DNA of 64,000 nucleotides, taken from positions 11,596,001 to 11,660,000 of the forward strand of contig NC_087250.1 of NCBI RefSeq assembly GCF_037042905.1. Reading direction: 5' to 3'. This document shows, piece by piece, positions 13,482 to 27,375 of the stretch (the stretch's first letter is position 1; every line of letters starts with the position of its first letter). Origin of the DNA: Lytechinus pictus. Lineage: Eukaryota. A program made the translations under genes and the position numbers. The notes below the pieces were generated by a model. The model was not told the origin of the DNA. It saw nothing but the letters and a program-made list of their open reading frames with translations, and did not search any database.

Positions 13482-14029
13482 GACAGACAGACAGAGGGGG
13501 AGAGAGGGAGGGGTGTGTGTAGTGTATGAGAGAGATGAAATGCAGAGAGCAGGAAGAGAGGAAATAAAGGAGTGCCTGAAATTTGGCCATTGAAACCTTA
13601 CAACTGCTATACCACAATCATTGTAGTTTGCTCGGTTCAGCCCATTACGCATCGAATAATGATTATTATTTTTAGGGAACCCCAAACCGTTCACCTCAGG
13701 GAATCCCTTTTTACATGAGTCATTAAACTGAAATTCGTTAATACCATATAGGAACGATTACCAAGTTTGATTGAGTACTTGAAGAATCCTTTTTTTTTTT
13801 GGGGGGGGGGGGGTCACATTTTACAAGCTACAGTATATGCTTTTGAGTGAATCCCCATTTCCACAGATACTCTTTATTTTAAAGTTATGCATTATAAATT
13901 GTCTACAAAAAAAAAATAATAATGTAAACTTTATATATTCAGTATCACAATTTCATTGTACTTAGAAATGTATTATATTAGTTTGTATTATACTTCTGTT
14001 ATGTATGTTCTATTAAAAATAAAATTGAA

Positions 14030-14232
14030 TTTGAATTCAAGATTCAAGAAGTTTATTTTCATTTCCATGACAAATATAAATCAAATACAGATACAAATCA
14101 AAGTATTAGTACAAGATCAATTTTACCTCAGCATAATTATATAATAAAAGCTTGTATAAAATAGTATTAAGCGTGTATTGAAATTAGGGGATCCACTAAA
14201 AAGCATTGCTTGTAGAGCGTGGATCCCCTATA
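14030..14232 (-). mobile_element. 3' tail of an L2/Crack-like LINE (stem-loop plus TTGAA tail)
   Basis: GGGGATCCAC...GTGGATCCCC hairpin, and a minus-strand ATGGAAATGAAAATAAAC..TTGAA end. Homologous to 35170-35240 and 41135-41258. Confidence 0.6.
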
Positions 14233-14239
14233 GCGAGTT

Positions 14240-14732
14240 GAAGGAATAATAAAGTTATTGAAGTTTAAAATTTAGCAATATTTTGTGAAAACAGTCTTCA
14301 TGAATATTCATTAGGTGGGCTGATGATGTCACATCTACACTTTCCGCTTTCTTATGTTATTACATAATATCATATTTTTTCATTATTTCATACATGTGAG
14401 AATAATATGTCTCCCTTATAATGAAATAAGTTGCAGCAATAAATATCTAATGCTCTATATCAGTTGTCAATCCAATTTTTCTAGTTCTTGGAGGAAAAAA
14501 ATTGAATAAACCTAATTTCATATAATAAAATACAAAAGAACAAGTGGGGATGTGACATCATCAGTCCACCTAATGAATATTCATGACGACTGTTTTCCCC
14601 AAATATTGCTAAACTTTAAAATTCAATAACTTTGTTATTTGTTATCCGATTTCGATGAAATTTTCAGCATTTTGCTCAGTGAATTGTACTCTATCTATGA
14701 AGCTATAAATACTTTCAGCCCGGACCATCCCT
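14240..14732. mobile_element. Kolobok-like element, left end missing
   Basis: Right end CCATCCCT|TTAA. Internal inverted repeat CATGAATATTCATTAGGTGG.CTGATGATGTCACATC and its reverse complement. Similar to 12243-12836. Confidence 0.7.
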
Positions 14733-14852
14733 TTAAGGTCGTTCCCCCTCCTTACAAAATACACGCGCTAATATTTGATTTTGGGTTTAATTTTATTTCA
14801 TTTCTGCAGTCACATCCGAGTTGAGTAAACAACACAATCTTACACAAAGAAC

Positions 14853-15052
14853 ACTCTTAAAATGTTGGGCAACATACTGTCCACACAACGATTGGTTAAA
14901 AAAAATTTATCCAACTCTGGGTAGATTCCAACCAATACTGTGTAGTTTTCACCCGAAGCACACATTATTGGGTTAATACTACCCAGAATTGGATAAACAG
15001 TTTTAACCAATTGTTGTGTGGACAGTATGTTGCCCAACATTTTTTAAGAGTG
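14853..15052. mobile_element. Palindromic CACTC-ended MITE (family B)
   Basis: Homologous over its full length to 51660-51855. Related diverged copies lie at ~16650-16872 and ~18092-18300. Confidence 0.88.
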
Positions 15053-15164
15053 AACATAACCAATGTAACCGACTCCAAACCGATCGCTGGCATTCCATTG
15101 GAAATAACGTAATAGATTTGATCGGTTGTAACAGGGTTCGCCGGTTTGAACCCATTGGAAAGAA

Positions 15165-15400
15165 CAAAGTGTCCCACAGTGTGTTCACATTCACACTGTT
15201 AAATTTGATCATTTCAACAGTGTGAATCACATATTCACATAGCCGACCATGTGAACACGCTGTGAAAAGTCACATTGTCGAGGTGTCCACAGTGTGAAAA
15301 TACCTTCACACTTTAGAATTTGAGCCATTTAATAGTACAAATAATATTTTCTCACAGTCCACTATGTGAACACACTGTGATCACACTGTGTGACACTGCA
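15165..15400. repeat. CACAGTGTGAA-rich dispersed repeat
   Basis: Reiterated CACA(G/C)TGTG motifs. Relatives at ~17750-18070, 18340-18480 and 41490-41620. Confidence 0.55.
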
Positions 15401-16044
15401 CGTGTTCTTTCAAGCTGAGGACTGTCGCATAAAACAACAGCGAAAACAAAAACAAAATAACTCAGACGAGTTCTTTTTATCTGTGTGATATGTATCTGTA
15501 TTATATTCCCATGATCATAATGGCAACAGATACACTACCACGATAAGTGCAATAAATTGTACTATTGTTCTATTGAGCTGTTAGTTATTTTTCACTACTT
15601 CCTTATTATCTATTATTTAGCTGTTGCGCTGTTATTTTCTATTGTTATCATTTCAAAATATGCGTTAAATCTGAAATGTTAAATCAGCAATTTAAAGGTT
15701 GGAAGAGTATATGACATTTTCAAATGTTATATCAAATTTTGTATAAAGCTGAATCAAACAATAATTTAATTTAAACAGTTTGGATGGAACCATTTAAAGT
15801 GGTAAATGCAACGTGTTTGAATAGGTTGTCACTCGTCCGACCAGCCTTTCAATCGCTCATTTTAACATGTCAATTTATAGCGAATGTCATTTCTTTCTTT
15901 ATTTTCTTCTTTCACACAAATCTAATTACTGACGATGGATTCTGCTAAAAAAAAAAAAAGGCTAAAATATTTGAGTGACAATAAAGTGAGACATTACAAA
16001 GGGGGGTTGTATGAATTACAGACAGGGGAACAGAAAATGTGGTA

Positions 16045-16298
16045 CACTGTAAAACATATTGGACAAAATTTTAACCAGCACGAGGGTAATAATGTGTCCA
16101 ACCAATTCGGGGCAGTATTTTACCCAATGCGGAAGCATATTGTCCAGAAAGGTTAAAAAAATAAGCAGCAATTACTTTAGAATGGGCAAAGTTTTCATCA
16201 CTCTGGATAAACAAAAAAACCCAAAAGAAATGTCCTATGTTGGTTGGACACAGTAATCACCCTTATGGAGCATTTTTACCAAATATTATTTTAGAGTG
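16045..16298. mobile_element. CAC-ended MITE family C, TA TSD
   Basis: TA|CACTGTAAAA...TTTTAGAGTG|TA; colinear with 54937-55188. Confidence 0.85.
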
Positions 16299-18833
16299 TA
16301 TATATAGGCCTGAAAAAAGACAATGAGAAGAAATCACGGTGTTTTTTTTTCATATGCATCCTGTTTACAAATTAGGGGAGCTTAGGAAATTATAGAAAAA
16401 GCTATAGAAAATAAATGCCAAAAAAATGAAAGGATTGAGAAAAAGAGAAAGAGACAGGGAGAGAGAGAGAGGGGGGGGGGGGGGAGGGGGGTCGACAGAG
16501 AGGGAGACTGCGAAGAGAAGGAGGTTGTCAAGAAAAATATAGCTTAATAGTAACACTCATGTTAATCAAGGGGAAGATATAACAAAGAAATATGAATAAA
16601 ACATTGTTTTAATGACGTATAACGTTTAATATAATCATAATAATTACAGACTTAAAATGTTGGGCAAGGTACTGTGTTGGGTAATGTATGTTGATAAAAA
16701 ATATATATAATCTGGGCAATTTTTATCCAACTGAGCAAATTTAGTACCCAATTATTAGTTTTTATTACCCAATTTGTACGAATTTTAAACAATAGTTGTG
16801 TGGAAAGTATGTTGTCCAGGGTTGGTCAAAACTGAGTTGGGCATTTTTTTTGCCCAACTATTTTAAGAATGTAGTATAGGCCTTTCGTTTAACGGAAAAT
16901 GTAAAGTAAAGCAAATCAAAAGACAAAAAGAAGCCAAAACAGGTTATTAATGAGAGTGCAAGAAAACAGAGCGAGAGACAGAGAGAGATAAAGCTTAACC
17001 CTTTGTCATCCATTACTGTTCTATATTTACTTTAAAAATAAAAACAGTATTTTCACGATGCCTCAGAGCGATTCCGCAGGTCTATCCAAACTTTTAACTG
17101 TGTCTGGAAATTCATTTCATCGGTGGAAAATTCTCTCCTATCTTCTCCTCACATTTTGCGAACTCCGCCACGAAATGAAGCGTGATTGTGCGGCTTTTTT
17201 ACGCCTTTTTATAATCTTGGCGTAAAGGGCGAGAAAAGAGGGGAAAAGAGAAGGCGCCGAGTCTGCCGTGAGGGTTGCTTTGGGCCCGGTGGGGCTAATG
17301 GGGTACAGTGTACACAAGCCGCGCGACATCTAGCGCACGGAGCGGGGTACTGCGTTGTCTTGTCGCCTGACCCGTCCGCCTGGCTAGCCTCTGGGCTTTC
17401 GGCTGAATGCCGGGCTTCGAGCTTGTGTGGGGACAGCAATGGGGGAAATTAATGTTGCTTTCGTATGATGACGAGTCGCTGTTCGTTCGCAGTATGATTT
17501 TAATAAAGTGCTTGGATTAAATGTGATAAATTGCTTGCCGTTGTGCGATGAATACAGCAGCGTGAGAATTAAAATAAACATGCCATAATTATTATAAATA
17601 ATGAGAGAATCATGTTCAAGAAATCACAGAGATATTTGACAATGATTGACAAGTTATGGATAGGTTATCCAAGTTATGGTTAGGGAACGCAATAAAACCA
17701 TGCACTTGAAAAAAAAAATCGCCGTTTAAATTTTGATACGACTACCTTAGATGTGATTCACATAAAATGCTCATATTTAACAATGTGAGGATACTTTCAC
17801 TGGGGAAAACCTCAACAATGTGAACGGTCACTGTGCGCTCACATACTGTGTAAAGGTGTGATTAAAACAGTTGAAATGCCCATATTCTAAAGTGTGAAAA
17901 TAATTTCACTGTGAACACGTCAACACTGTTAGTGTTCCCATGGATTATGTGAATATGTGATTGGCACTGTTAAAATTCTAAAATATAACAACTTGAAGAT
18001 AGTTTCATATACTGTGCACACCTCCACAGTATGTGTCTTCTCCAGTGAGTTTACACTGTGGAGTATTTTGAATTGATGCACACTTATAATGTGAGGCAAC
18101 ATACTTTCCATTATGTTGGGTAATGTATGTTGGTAAAAATATATATATAAGTGGGCAATTATTATCCAACTGAACACATTTATTACCCAATAAGTTTTTA
18201 TTACCAAATTTGGGTAGATTTTAAACCAACAGTTGTGTGGACATTATGTTGCCCAGGGTTGGTTAAAATTTTGACATGTTTTGCCCGACTATTTTAAGAA
18301 TTTGTGATTATAACCGCTGAAATTGTCAAATTTAATAATGTATATATATATGAATATTTTCACACTGTGGAAATGTCCATCGTGTGAGTGTTCAGAGTGT
18401 GTTCAAATAGTGGAGTATTTTGAAGATGTGATTAAAACCATTAAAGCAGTCAAAATTTATCAGTGCGAAGATAATCTCAAACTGTCTACATCTCTAAACT
18501 TATTTGTTCCTATACCAGTTTACCAGTTTGATTCCTATACCAGTTTAATAAAATTTCATTTTTATTTTCTGATGTTATGTTTTATTTATTGTAATTATTG
18601 CATTGTAAATTTTGTTGGAAAAATGAATAAATAAATGAATGAATAATAGTGTGTTTTATTTAAGAGAATTCATATTTATATTCCTTTCCTATTTATTTTC
18701 ACTTATTGCTTATGTGTATATTTATTTATCTTGAAGCATCATGAACACCGAAAGGTGGACATGTGCGCTTAATAAGTAGCCACCATTATTATAATTATTA
18801 CTATTAGTGTAAATGTTACTATTTGTTCATATA

Positions 18834-19034
18834 CACTATAAAAACACCAAAGATTTGCCCAATATAGGGTAAAAAGGGAACATGCATGTTTGCTGGGTAT
18901 TTTTTCTATACCCCTAGTTGGGCTATTTCAAAGCAACTTTGCGAAAAATTTGCAAAATATTGGGTATCTTTTACCCAATTAATATGCATGTTCCCATTTT
19001 ACCCAATATTGGGTAAACCTTTTTTTTTAGAGTG
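18834..19034. mobile_element. CAC-ended MITE family A
   Basis: CACTATAAAAA...TTTTAGAGTG with the same internal motifs. Confidence 0.82.
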
Positions 19035-19308
19035 CAGTGGACTATGTTAAAATGTTCAAATCTAACAGAAAATAATTCAGTACTGTGGTCACGTCTACAT
19101 TATGAGTGTTCTAAGTGTGTTCACAATAATGGACTAGGCCTATATCATGTGGAAATGCAAAATGTGATTCATGCTCATGAACGTAACAGTGTGAACGCGT
19201 TGCTCCCTTTGTAGATTGAAAGCACAATTTCTGATAGCAAAAGTCGCTGCACCTTTAAAAAAAATGCATCTTGTATCAGTGTGGAGTTCAAACAAATGTA
19301 AACACTCT

Positions 19309-19592
19309 GGCCCGTATTCTGAAGTTAGAAAACAATTATGGGAAGCCAAACGTTTCAAAGTTTCGTTTACAGTGAATGCTTCTCACGTTTACTGTGCTCT
19401 TTACTAATTCTTTAATGGTGAAGACAACTGTCATACTTATCCTTCCCAGGCAGTTAATGATGTTTTGGGAGTCAAAATGAGCTGATGCATTGAACCTCTA
19501 CTGCTAGAGATTTATGTAACAACTGGCTTTCCATAGTTAAACCACAACTTAAAAGTAGAGTTTAAATTAAACCCGACTTCAGAATACGGGCC
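19309..19592. mobile_element. Harbinger-like MITE
   Basis: 17-bp TIRs GGCCCGTATTCTGAAGT / ACTTCAGAATACGGGCC. Confidence 0.8.
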
Positions 19593-20249
19593 TATAACAA
19601 AATAGTGGGGTGCACGATAACGCTAAAATTACAATATATTATATTACTATTATGGTATCTAGGAAAATGTAAATTTTCTTAGTCATGTTTACTAGTGTGT
19701 ATTGTATTAATAACAGCAATCATTTAAATACATCAAGAAAGTAATAAGTCAATGGAGCAAACAGTTTTCTTTTATTCTACGAGTCTTTTGGTTACGATAG
19801 CATTTCCATTTTTTTCTTCTCACCGTTATATTCACCTTAACGTTTTTATTTCCTCTTTATTGACGCATTTTGACGTATTCCATTGCCGATAGTCTTTTAG
19901 CTCCAGGCGCTTAAGGCAATTACATATTAGATTTAATGCCAATTTAGTGCGGAGGCCCGGAGCAATAGACTGGGAGCCAATTCTAAAACTCTTTTGATTG
20001 ATTGCTTGCCCGGTTGACTTCTTTATTTTTCAAGAAATTATATCCCCTCGTATTTTTCCCTTTTGTATTTTATGCTACCCTTTACTTTTCGCGTCTCTTT
20101 CTCACCTTTCCTTCAACTAGATGGCCTTTTGGCCATCAAAACAAAAACAAGATATAATACCAAGTTCTTAAAAAAGCAAGAATAAAATCATTATACATTT
20201 TTAAAGAAGACTTGCAAATAGACTAGGTAAGGGCCTCTGAGAAGCATGA

Positions 20250-20935
20250 CTTTTTATTCCTTTCCTTCTTTCTTTCTTTCTTTCTTTTTTCTTTGTTTGT
20301 TTGTTTGTTTCTTTTTTCTTTTTTTTCTTTTTTCTTTGTTTCTTTGTTTGTTTGTTTGTTTCTTTCTTTCTTCTTCTTCTGTTTTTTCTTCTTTTCATTC
20401 TTCTTCTTCCTCCTCCTCATCCTCCTCCTCTTCCTCCTCCTCCCATTTTGTCCTTTTTTACACCTCGTTCCCACCCACCTTTCCGGTTTCTCCCTTTCTT
20501 ACATCCATTCGTCTACTTACATTGCTCTTCTTATCATCATTCTCATTTTCCTTCTTTTATCCACCTCCTATTCTTCCTCGTTCACTTCTTTCTTTCTTTC
20601 CATCACATCTTCACTAATTCTTCATCAATCCCTTCATCGTCCTTCTTCTGCATTTTCTTCCCTTCTTCATCTCCTCCTCATTCCTCCTCTACTTCCACCT
20701 TCCATTCAAGTAATTTACATTATTAGCCTCCCCCTCCCCTCCTCCTCCTCTTCCTTCTTCTTCCTTCTCTCCTCCTCATCCTTCTTCTTCTCTTTCTTCC
20801 CCTCCTCCTCCTCCTTCTTCTTCTTCTTCTTCTCCTCCTCTTCTTCTTCTTCCAATTTTTGTCTTCTTCTTCTTCTTTATCTTTTTTTTCTTCTTTTACT
20901 CCTTCTATCTGTTGTCTTCTCGTTCCTAATCCTCT
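20250..20935. repeat. Polypyrimidine low-complexity tract (TTC/TCC/TTTG)
   Basis: Visible simple repeats. Similar tracts at 7830-8190, 43940-44480, 52690-52940 (GATA), 53380-53960, 61265-61520 and 62110-62520. Confidence 0.92.
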
Positions 20936-20984
20936 GATTCTGTTCCCAAGTAAATGTACCTATGTCTCTTCCGTCCTTTTATAA

Positions 20985-21310
20985 GACATTTATTTACATT
21001 TGCCACTCTCCACCCAGGGACTCGTTGCATAAAACCTTTGCCATAAAAATAATAATTAATTAATAATTTATTGCCATAGTTTTTAATGTGTAATTTTCAA
21101 TGGCATAATTTTGTTTGCCAAAGTTTTTGAATTTTTGCCAGAGTTTTTTTAATGGCAAAAGATTTATGCAACGGGTCCCAGGTGTAGTAAATGGGTAACC
21201 GGTAGGCAGGAAATCTTTGAATTTTCGAGCGTCCGATCAGGGAAGCCCTGCTAAAGCCGGTTAATAGTACGCGCTAAACAAAATCATGCTGAATATTATT
21301 ATCATTATTC
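20985..21310 (+). mobile_element. Headless SINE interrupted by a Harbinger-like MITE (21018-21178)
   Basis: The core CTCTCCACCCAG|GTGTAGTAAATGGGTA is split by an element with TIRs GGAC(T/C)CGTTGCATAAA and a CAG TSD (21015-17, 21179-81). Confidence 0.8.
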
Positions 21311-21329
21311 CTCTAAACAGGATCAATTC

Positions 21330-21640
21330 CGTTTTTTTGGAATAACTTTGCTCTAACAAAGAACACCAAGTAATTTTAAGTGCAACTAAGAACTTTTCAC
21401 TAGTAATGTCCGAGAGTCTTATCAATCTGGTTGTACCCAAGATAGCTGCCTTCTGAATGTCGTACATCCGAAGATGAGGAGAGATCTAGGTATTACAGGG
21501 TTCCATTCCCTTCTTCACCATTCCTGAGTGACCAATGGTGACTGGTGTGGCCTTCACGTTCCACATCCTCTCGATCTCAATCTTGGAACTTGAGCCGTTT
21601 GTCTCTTTCCTTTACAGCAATGCTGATATCATGGGGAACA
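21330..21640 (-). mobile_element. Degenerate 3' fragment of an R4/Dong-like non-LTR retrotransposon (restriction-like endonuclease C-terminus)
   Basis: The minus strand translates as VPHDISIAVKERDKRLKFQD / EIERMWNVKATPVTIGHSGMVKKG...MYDIQKAAILGTTRLIR, with one frameshift and one stop. This matches the RLE tail (KE.EK..KY.DL..EI..MW...QKAALLGT.RILR). Confidence 0.8.
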
Positions 21641-24054
21641 GAAATAATTTCAAATTACTTGAAATTACTTAATAATAATATTATTATTATCAATGTTATT
21701 GTTATTGTTATTGTTGTTGTTATTATTATAATTATTATTATTATTATCATTAATATTGTCTTTATTATATTTATTATTATTCACTGTTGCATCCTCAATT
21801 AAATGGAACAAACTCATTCTCACATTAAAACAATCCCCAGCAAATCGAATCATTCAAGAAGTCCCCAAACTTTTATTTTTTTAGGCATCTGCCTTCATTT
21901 TATATGTTTGGTATTGTTTAGTTGTTTTTGTATGTGAAATTGGAATTGTGAGCGCTTAGGGCCATTTGGTATCACTATCATTATTATCATTATTAATATT
22001 GTTATTATTAGTATTGTATATTATTGTTGTTGTTGTTATCATTATTATCATTATTAGAATTATTATCATTATGACATTGAATCTCATGTTTGTCTTCTAG
22101 AAATGGTCAATATTTAATTGTAACACGTAGACCTTTAGTTAACCCTTGCCAATAGAAATTACTTTTTGCACAAACACACCCAGATTAAAACTGTCAAAGC
22201 TTAAAAACAAACAATTATTTAGGGAAAAATAATTCCATTTTTAAAGATTTTTTTAAATTTTCGTCTATTTCTATATGAAACTGCCTTCTAGTCTTGCTAA
22301 CTTTATCAACCTTTTTGTTTAAGGCCTTGAGAAAATAAAATGGAAAAATGACCATCTAGAATAATAACAATTTTCTGAACATTATCTTTAATTTTTTTTG
22401 TTTCGTTATTTTTTATTTTCCCTTCCGCCACCAACTTAAACAAGTTCCAATTTACGTCGCATTTGGCCAAAAGGCAACAAAGAATCTGCTCCAATTTTCT
22501 ATCCCCACTCTCCCTCTCTCTGCTTCCCTCTACTCTCACGCCTTTTTTCCTGATGTCCCAAAACCTCCAGAAATTTTCCCCACAAATTGTCCGCCTATCT
22601 CCTCCTAATTTACTAAATGGAGGCTCGGGTTTTCTGTGTTGGAAAGTGTGATAAATTTAATTTCATTTGTTCGCCAAATTTGCTACTTTGATTTCGCGAT
22701 TGCTTTGGGCAACGTTTGTGCACCGCACTCAGCGGCGTTTGACACTGCGCGAACGCGAAACGGTATACATGTATGTTCGCGGGTGCGAGAACGCATTTTA
22801 AGAAGTGGAAAAAAATCACGCCATTTAAAGAGATATGCCATTTGCAGGCCAGGACAAAATCTTGTCACTCTATAAAATTTGGATGGAAGGGGTTTCTTTT
22901 ATGGAGTGGGGACTAGAAAGAAAGGGATTAAATAAAACAAAATAAGACTAAATTGATAACAATGGATATTTGGTAGATCAATTAAAGCCCCCCCCCCCCG
23001 CTCTGGACGTGCGTCTAGGTGTGCAGGTGTCTCGTGTGTGTGTGAGGGTGTGTGTGTGTGTGAGTGTGGGTGTGTATGAGGGTCTTTATGTGGAGCTAGG
23101 GGTCGAGATAGAGAGAGAGGGAGAATAAAGGGGAGATAAAGTAGAGGCTAGGAGAGAAAAGAGAGAAAGGAAGAGAGAGATGACGAAAGAGATAAATATC
23201 ATAATATAATTTATTGAGAGAGGGGGAGAGAGAAAGAGAGCGAAAACGGGCAGGGGGAAACAAACCAGATTTAGGGGAGTGAGTATATGCGCGAGAACCA
23301 CACACACACAAACCCACATTCGCACACCCGACAGGGACATAACAAAAAAATCCGAAACATTGCACCCCCAGCATTTAAACACTTACCCCCCTCACTTAAC
23401 GCTCGTTAATGAATCCAATGCTCTGGCATGTATCGATCTATACCGGCGGTGCGCCAGGTCGAAAACCAACCCAACACACGGCCCCAACGTTCCCGACCAT
23501 CTGTTCACCAATTCCACTGCAGTGACTGTACAACCCGCGTGCTGGTTTTACACTCAGTCACACCCCCACCCAGACGCCAGACCGATCAAAGCTATTATGT
23601 TATTCGCCAATGGCACACCATTGATCGGTTTGAAATCGGTTTCGTTGGTGTGACTGCACAGCATAAGATGGACATTACTTTCAATCATGGTATACTGGTT
23701 AATGAGTCCATGAATTTTATTTATTGATTTTTTTTGTTGAGAACGAAAAAAATTGGACTGAAGTGATTTTAATTTTGGGGAACTCTATCGGTCCATAATT
23801 AAGTGTCTATATACAACATGTACAATATATACGAGTTGTAATACAATATAAGCAATGAGTGAACACAAAATTATGAACGACATCCTGATTGGTCTTTATT
23901 AAGTCGAATGTTTTTTTTAGTCTGTCATGATGTACTTATCCACATACCTCAATACCAGTAGTAAAATTTGGAGGTCAATGACTCCGACGACCATCGTGTC
24001 AATGAATGATCCTCATTGCTATGGAATTCATAACTGTCACGAAAACAATCATTG

Positions 24055-24660
24055 CGACCCTCATCATCATCGTCGTCGTCGTCACCATATTCATCATCCT
24101 CATTTCCATCAACAGCAGGATTGAAGTCATTATCATTATTATCATCACCATCATTATCACCATCACCACAATCTTCACCATCATCATCATCATTATCCTC
24201 CTCCTCCTCATCATCAGCATCATCACCATCATCGTCATCATTATCATCATGATCATTATGATCAACATAATCATTGTCATCCTCATTGTCATCATCACCA
24301 TCATAATCGTCATTACCATCATCATCATCATTGCAATCACCATAATCTTCATCATTATCCTCCTCCTCCTCATCATCAGCATCACCACCATCATCGTCAT
24401 CTTTATCATCTTGATCACCATGATCAACATCGTCATCCTCATTGTCATCATCACCATCATCATCATCATCACCATCATCACCACCATCATCATCATCACC
24501 ATCATTCATCATTGCAATCATCATCATCATCATCATCATCATCATTCATCAACATTCATCATCATGAACATCATCCTCATCATCACCATCGTCATCATTA
24601 TCCCCACAACCACGATCACCATCATCATTATCAGTATCATTATCCTTGTCATCACTGTCG
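24055..24660. repeat. Degenerate (CAT)n microsatellite with an internal ~160-bp duplication
   Basis: The block CATTATCCTCCTCCTCCTCATCATCAGCATCA...ATGATCAACAT..GTCATCCTCATTGTCATCATCACC recurs at ~24190 and ~24350. Confidence 0.92.
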
Positions 24661-27375
24661 TCAACAGCAGTAGAATTGCCATCAAAATTTTGAATACTAT
24701 TTTTTTCATCAAATCTTCTTAATCACGTTATTTTTTTTTTGTGTTAAATCTCTTCTATTGCAGTCACATTTTCCCATGAACCCATTATTCTTCATTCCAG
24801 AAGTTTTTCGTCCAATTCATTACACCACTGACTAACGTAATAGGAATGTAAAAAAACGAAACAACTACCATCCATATGCGTTGTGCACAGATCCGTGACG
24901 TCATTAGGTATTCATAATTGCCGTTGTTATTTACATGGCGAGTATCAAAAACCTCTTCTCCACAGTGTTTCAAACTCTCAGTATTCACTCGCCAATCTTC
25001 AAACTCCCCTTCCTAAAAACCTCAGAACATAATCCCCTCCCTCCTTATTCCACTCCCCACTTCCCTTACCCCCACCGTCCCCACTGCCCCTAAAAGCCTG
25101 GTACCCCGAACCCATCTCACCCACTCCGCGCGCATCTTTACCCAACCCCGCGACGTGATCGGCAACCACTCTTCCAACAAATGCGCGTGTGTGCTTGGTA
25201 CGCGTCCATGCGAACGGCGCTCGCAATCCTCGCCCTTCGCTGCACCCGTCGTACGGGGGCTTTTAACTGCCATTAGCGTACATTTAAAACACGCGGTGGA
25301 GTATCATACTTGAGTGGCCAGTGAAGAGGGTACAGATGGCTGGAGATCTTCCCGGGCGTGCATAGAGTGTTCCGATGGCTGACACTCGCTGCTTCCCTCA
25401 TTTCCATACTCCGCTTTTTGGCAGCTATTATCCCACCACAACCATATTCTTTAAATTTGAGAATGGAACTCGGAAACATAAAAAATACAAGACTAAGAAA
25501 AAACCTTGGTCACATAAAACGAACTAATATTTATAACTTCACTAAAATCAGTGGTCTTTACGAAAGAAAGAGAACGCAGCTAATACCTGTGACGTCGGCT
25601 CGGAAAAGTTCTTAAAGTTTCTTTAACTCTATACAGATTAGAATCTCGTTAGTTTTGATCATTAATAAGTTTATTTATACAAATAGCAATATTCTCGGAA
25701 TACAAGTACTAAGCCTAAACAAATTATGTCGAAGTAAAATTATTCTGGTATATTCGCCATGAAATGACAATTATTATCTATAAACAAAAAATCTTAGCGA
25801 TATTAGTTCTACAAAGTACTCTTACACGTATTTTACGTAAAATATTTACTTTTGGGAGTCTATTTCAAGATTATTTTTGCATGATTGACACTCTTCAGGG
25901 CGTATGGTCTTATAGAGATTCGAACCCATGATCCTCGCATTCAATGGCGGATCTAGGGGCGAGGGGCACAATTTTAGGTGAAAACTTTTTCTTTTCTGTT
26001 TTGCTTGTCAAATTTTCATCGGAAAAATGTGCCCCTCTTTTGGAAAACCCTTCTCGCATTAAAAGACGAGTCGGCTACGCGGCAGCTCGTAATGATTTCT
26101 ATGCAAACAAAACAGGTCACCCCTTGACTGGCGTATGGATTGGGGAGGAGGTTGAAGGCATAACCCCCCGCCCACACAATCCACACAAAATGGGAGGTAA
26201 CAAAAAACCAGACGACAGATTGAGATATGATGTTATGTTTTTCTAAATGTTAATATCTCGAAATCTGAAACAAAATTTGATTTTGTATCAAGAAGTAAAA
26301 AAAAAATTGCCCAGTTTTTTTTTATTATTTTTTAAAATAAATTTCATCCCATACGTCATGCCTGGACCCTCGAATGCTTCTGCCCCCTTTCCCGAATAAA
26401 AAAAAATATTTTAGCGCTATCTGCATAAGATATGAATACACCGCCAGACCAAAGGAGTACAAGTTAGAGCAAATGGGGTGGAGCAATAGTGCTCTGACTT
26501 TTCAAGTGATTGAAAATAAAGAATGGGGGGGGGGGGGGGCGGGGGAGAAGAGGAAAAAGAGAAGAGGGGAAAAAAGAAAAGAGAGAAAACGGAGAGAATA
26601 TATGAAAAACACATTTCTGCGTGTAACTATGTCATAACCCTAAGCTGTTAAGCACATAATCTAAATACAGCCTATCCTAATCGTTGAATTTTTGTAAACG
26701 CGATATTCTTTTAATTTTCTTTTTGTAAGTTGAGAAAAATACATTAGCAAAAGGAGAGTTAAAGATCCCTAAAAGTATAATTGTCTGTTTAAAAATTGCT
26801 TTGCTTGGCGAAATAAAATAACCCATGGAGGGCTAAAATTGTGAAAAGGGCTTACAAGGTGAAACGTTTAGTGGTAGGGGCGGGGGTTTGGTGGAGTAGA
26901 AAATATTCGCTGATTTTTTTAAAAGGGATAATCTAGATAGAATTAAGTAGTGGAGGGCATGGATGGTATGGAGTTAGGGGGGGGGCAGAAAATATTCACC
27001 ATCCGCACCCACAAGGAGCATGTCTGCCCCATAGGCCGAACTTGCAGCTTTTTCAACTCTGCATGTCTGCTAGCCAATTAGCATACGGTATTGCAGCCAA
27101 GAACTCGCCGCATCCCCGACCATGCGGCGCAGGTGACACAGAAAACTAAAATCCTTTACATTGGGAAAGTTATTTCAGTCCGAGTCCAAGTGCCCCCTTT
27201 TCGGATTCATCTAAATTTTATTTACCACTTCTTTCAGACGGCGACGGTGTTCAGTTTCCTGGTTTAGCAGATTTTAGGGCGAGTGAAATAGGATTTGAAG
27301 TTTTTTTTCGGGTTGGACGCAAAAAAGACTCAAACTCTCTTTGTGCTTTTTTTTATATAAAAGTTTGCGAACGAT

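Noticed and set aside
23949..24722. Asp-, Met- and Ile-rich ORFs of 168-238 aa
   Set aside because: CAT microsatellite that is open in several frames, with no domain signal.
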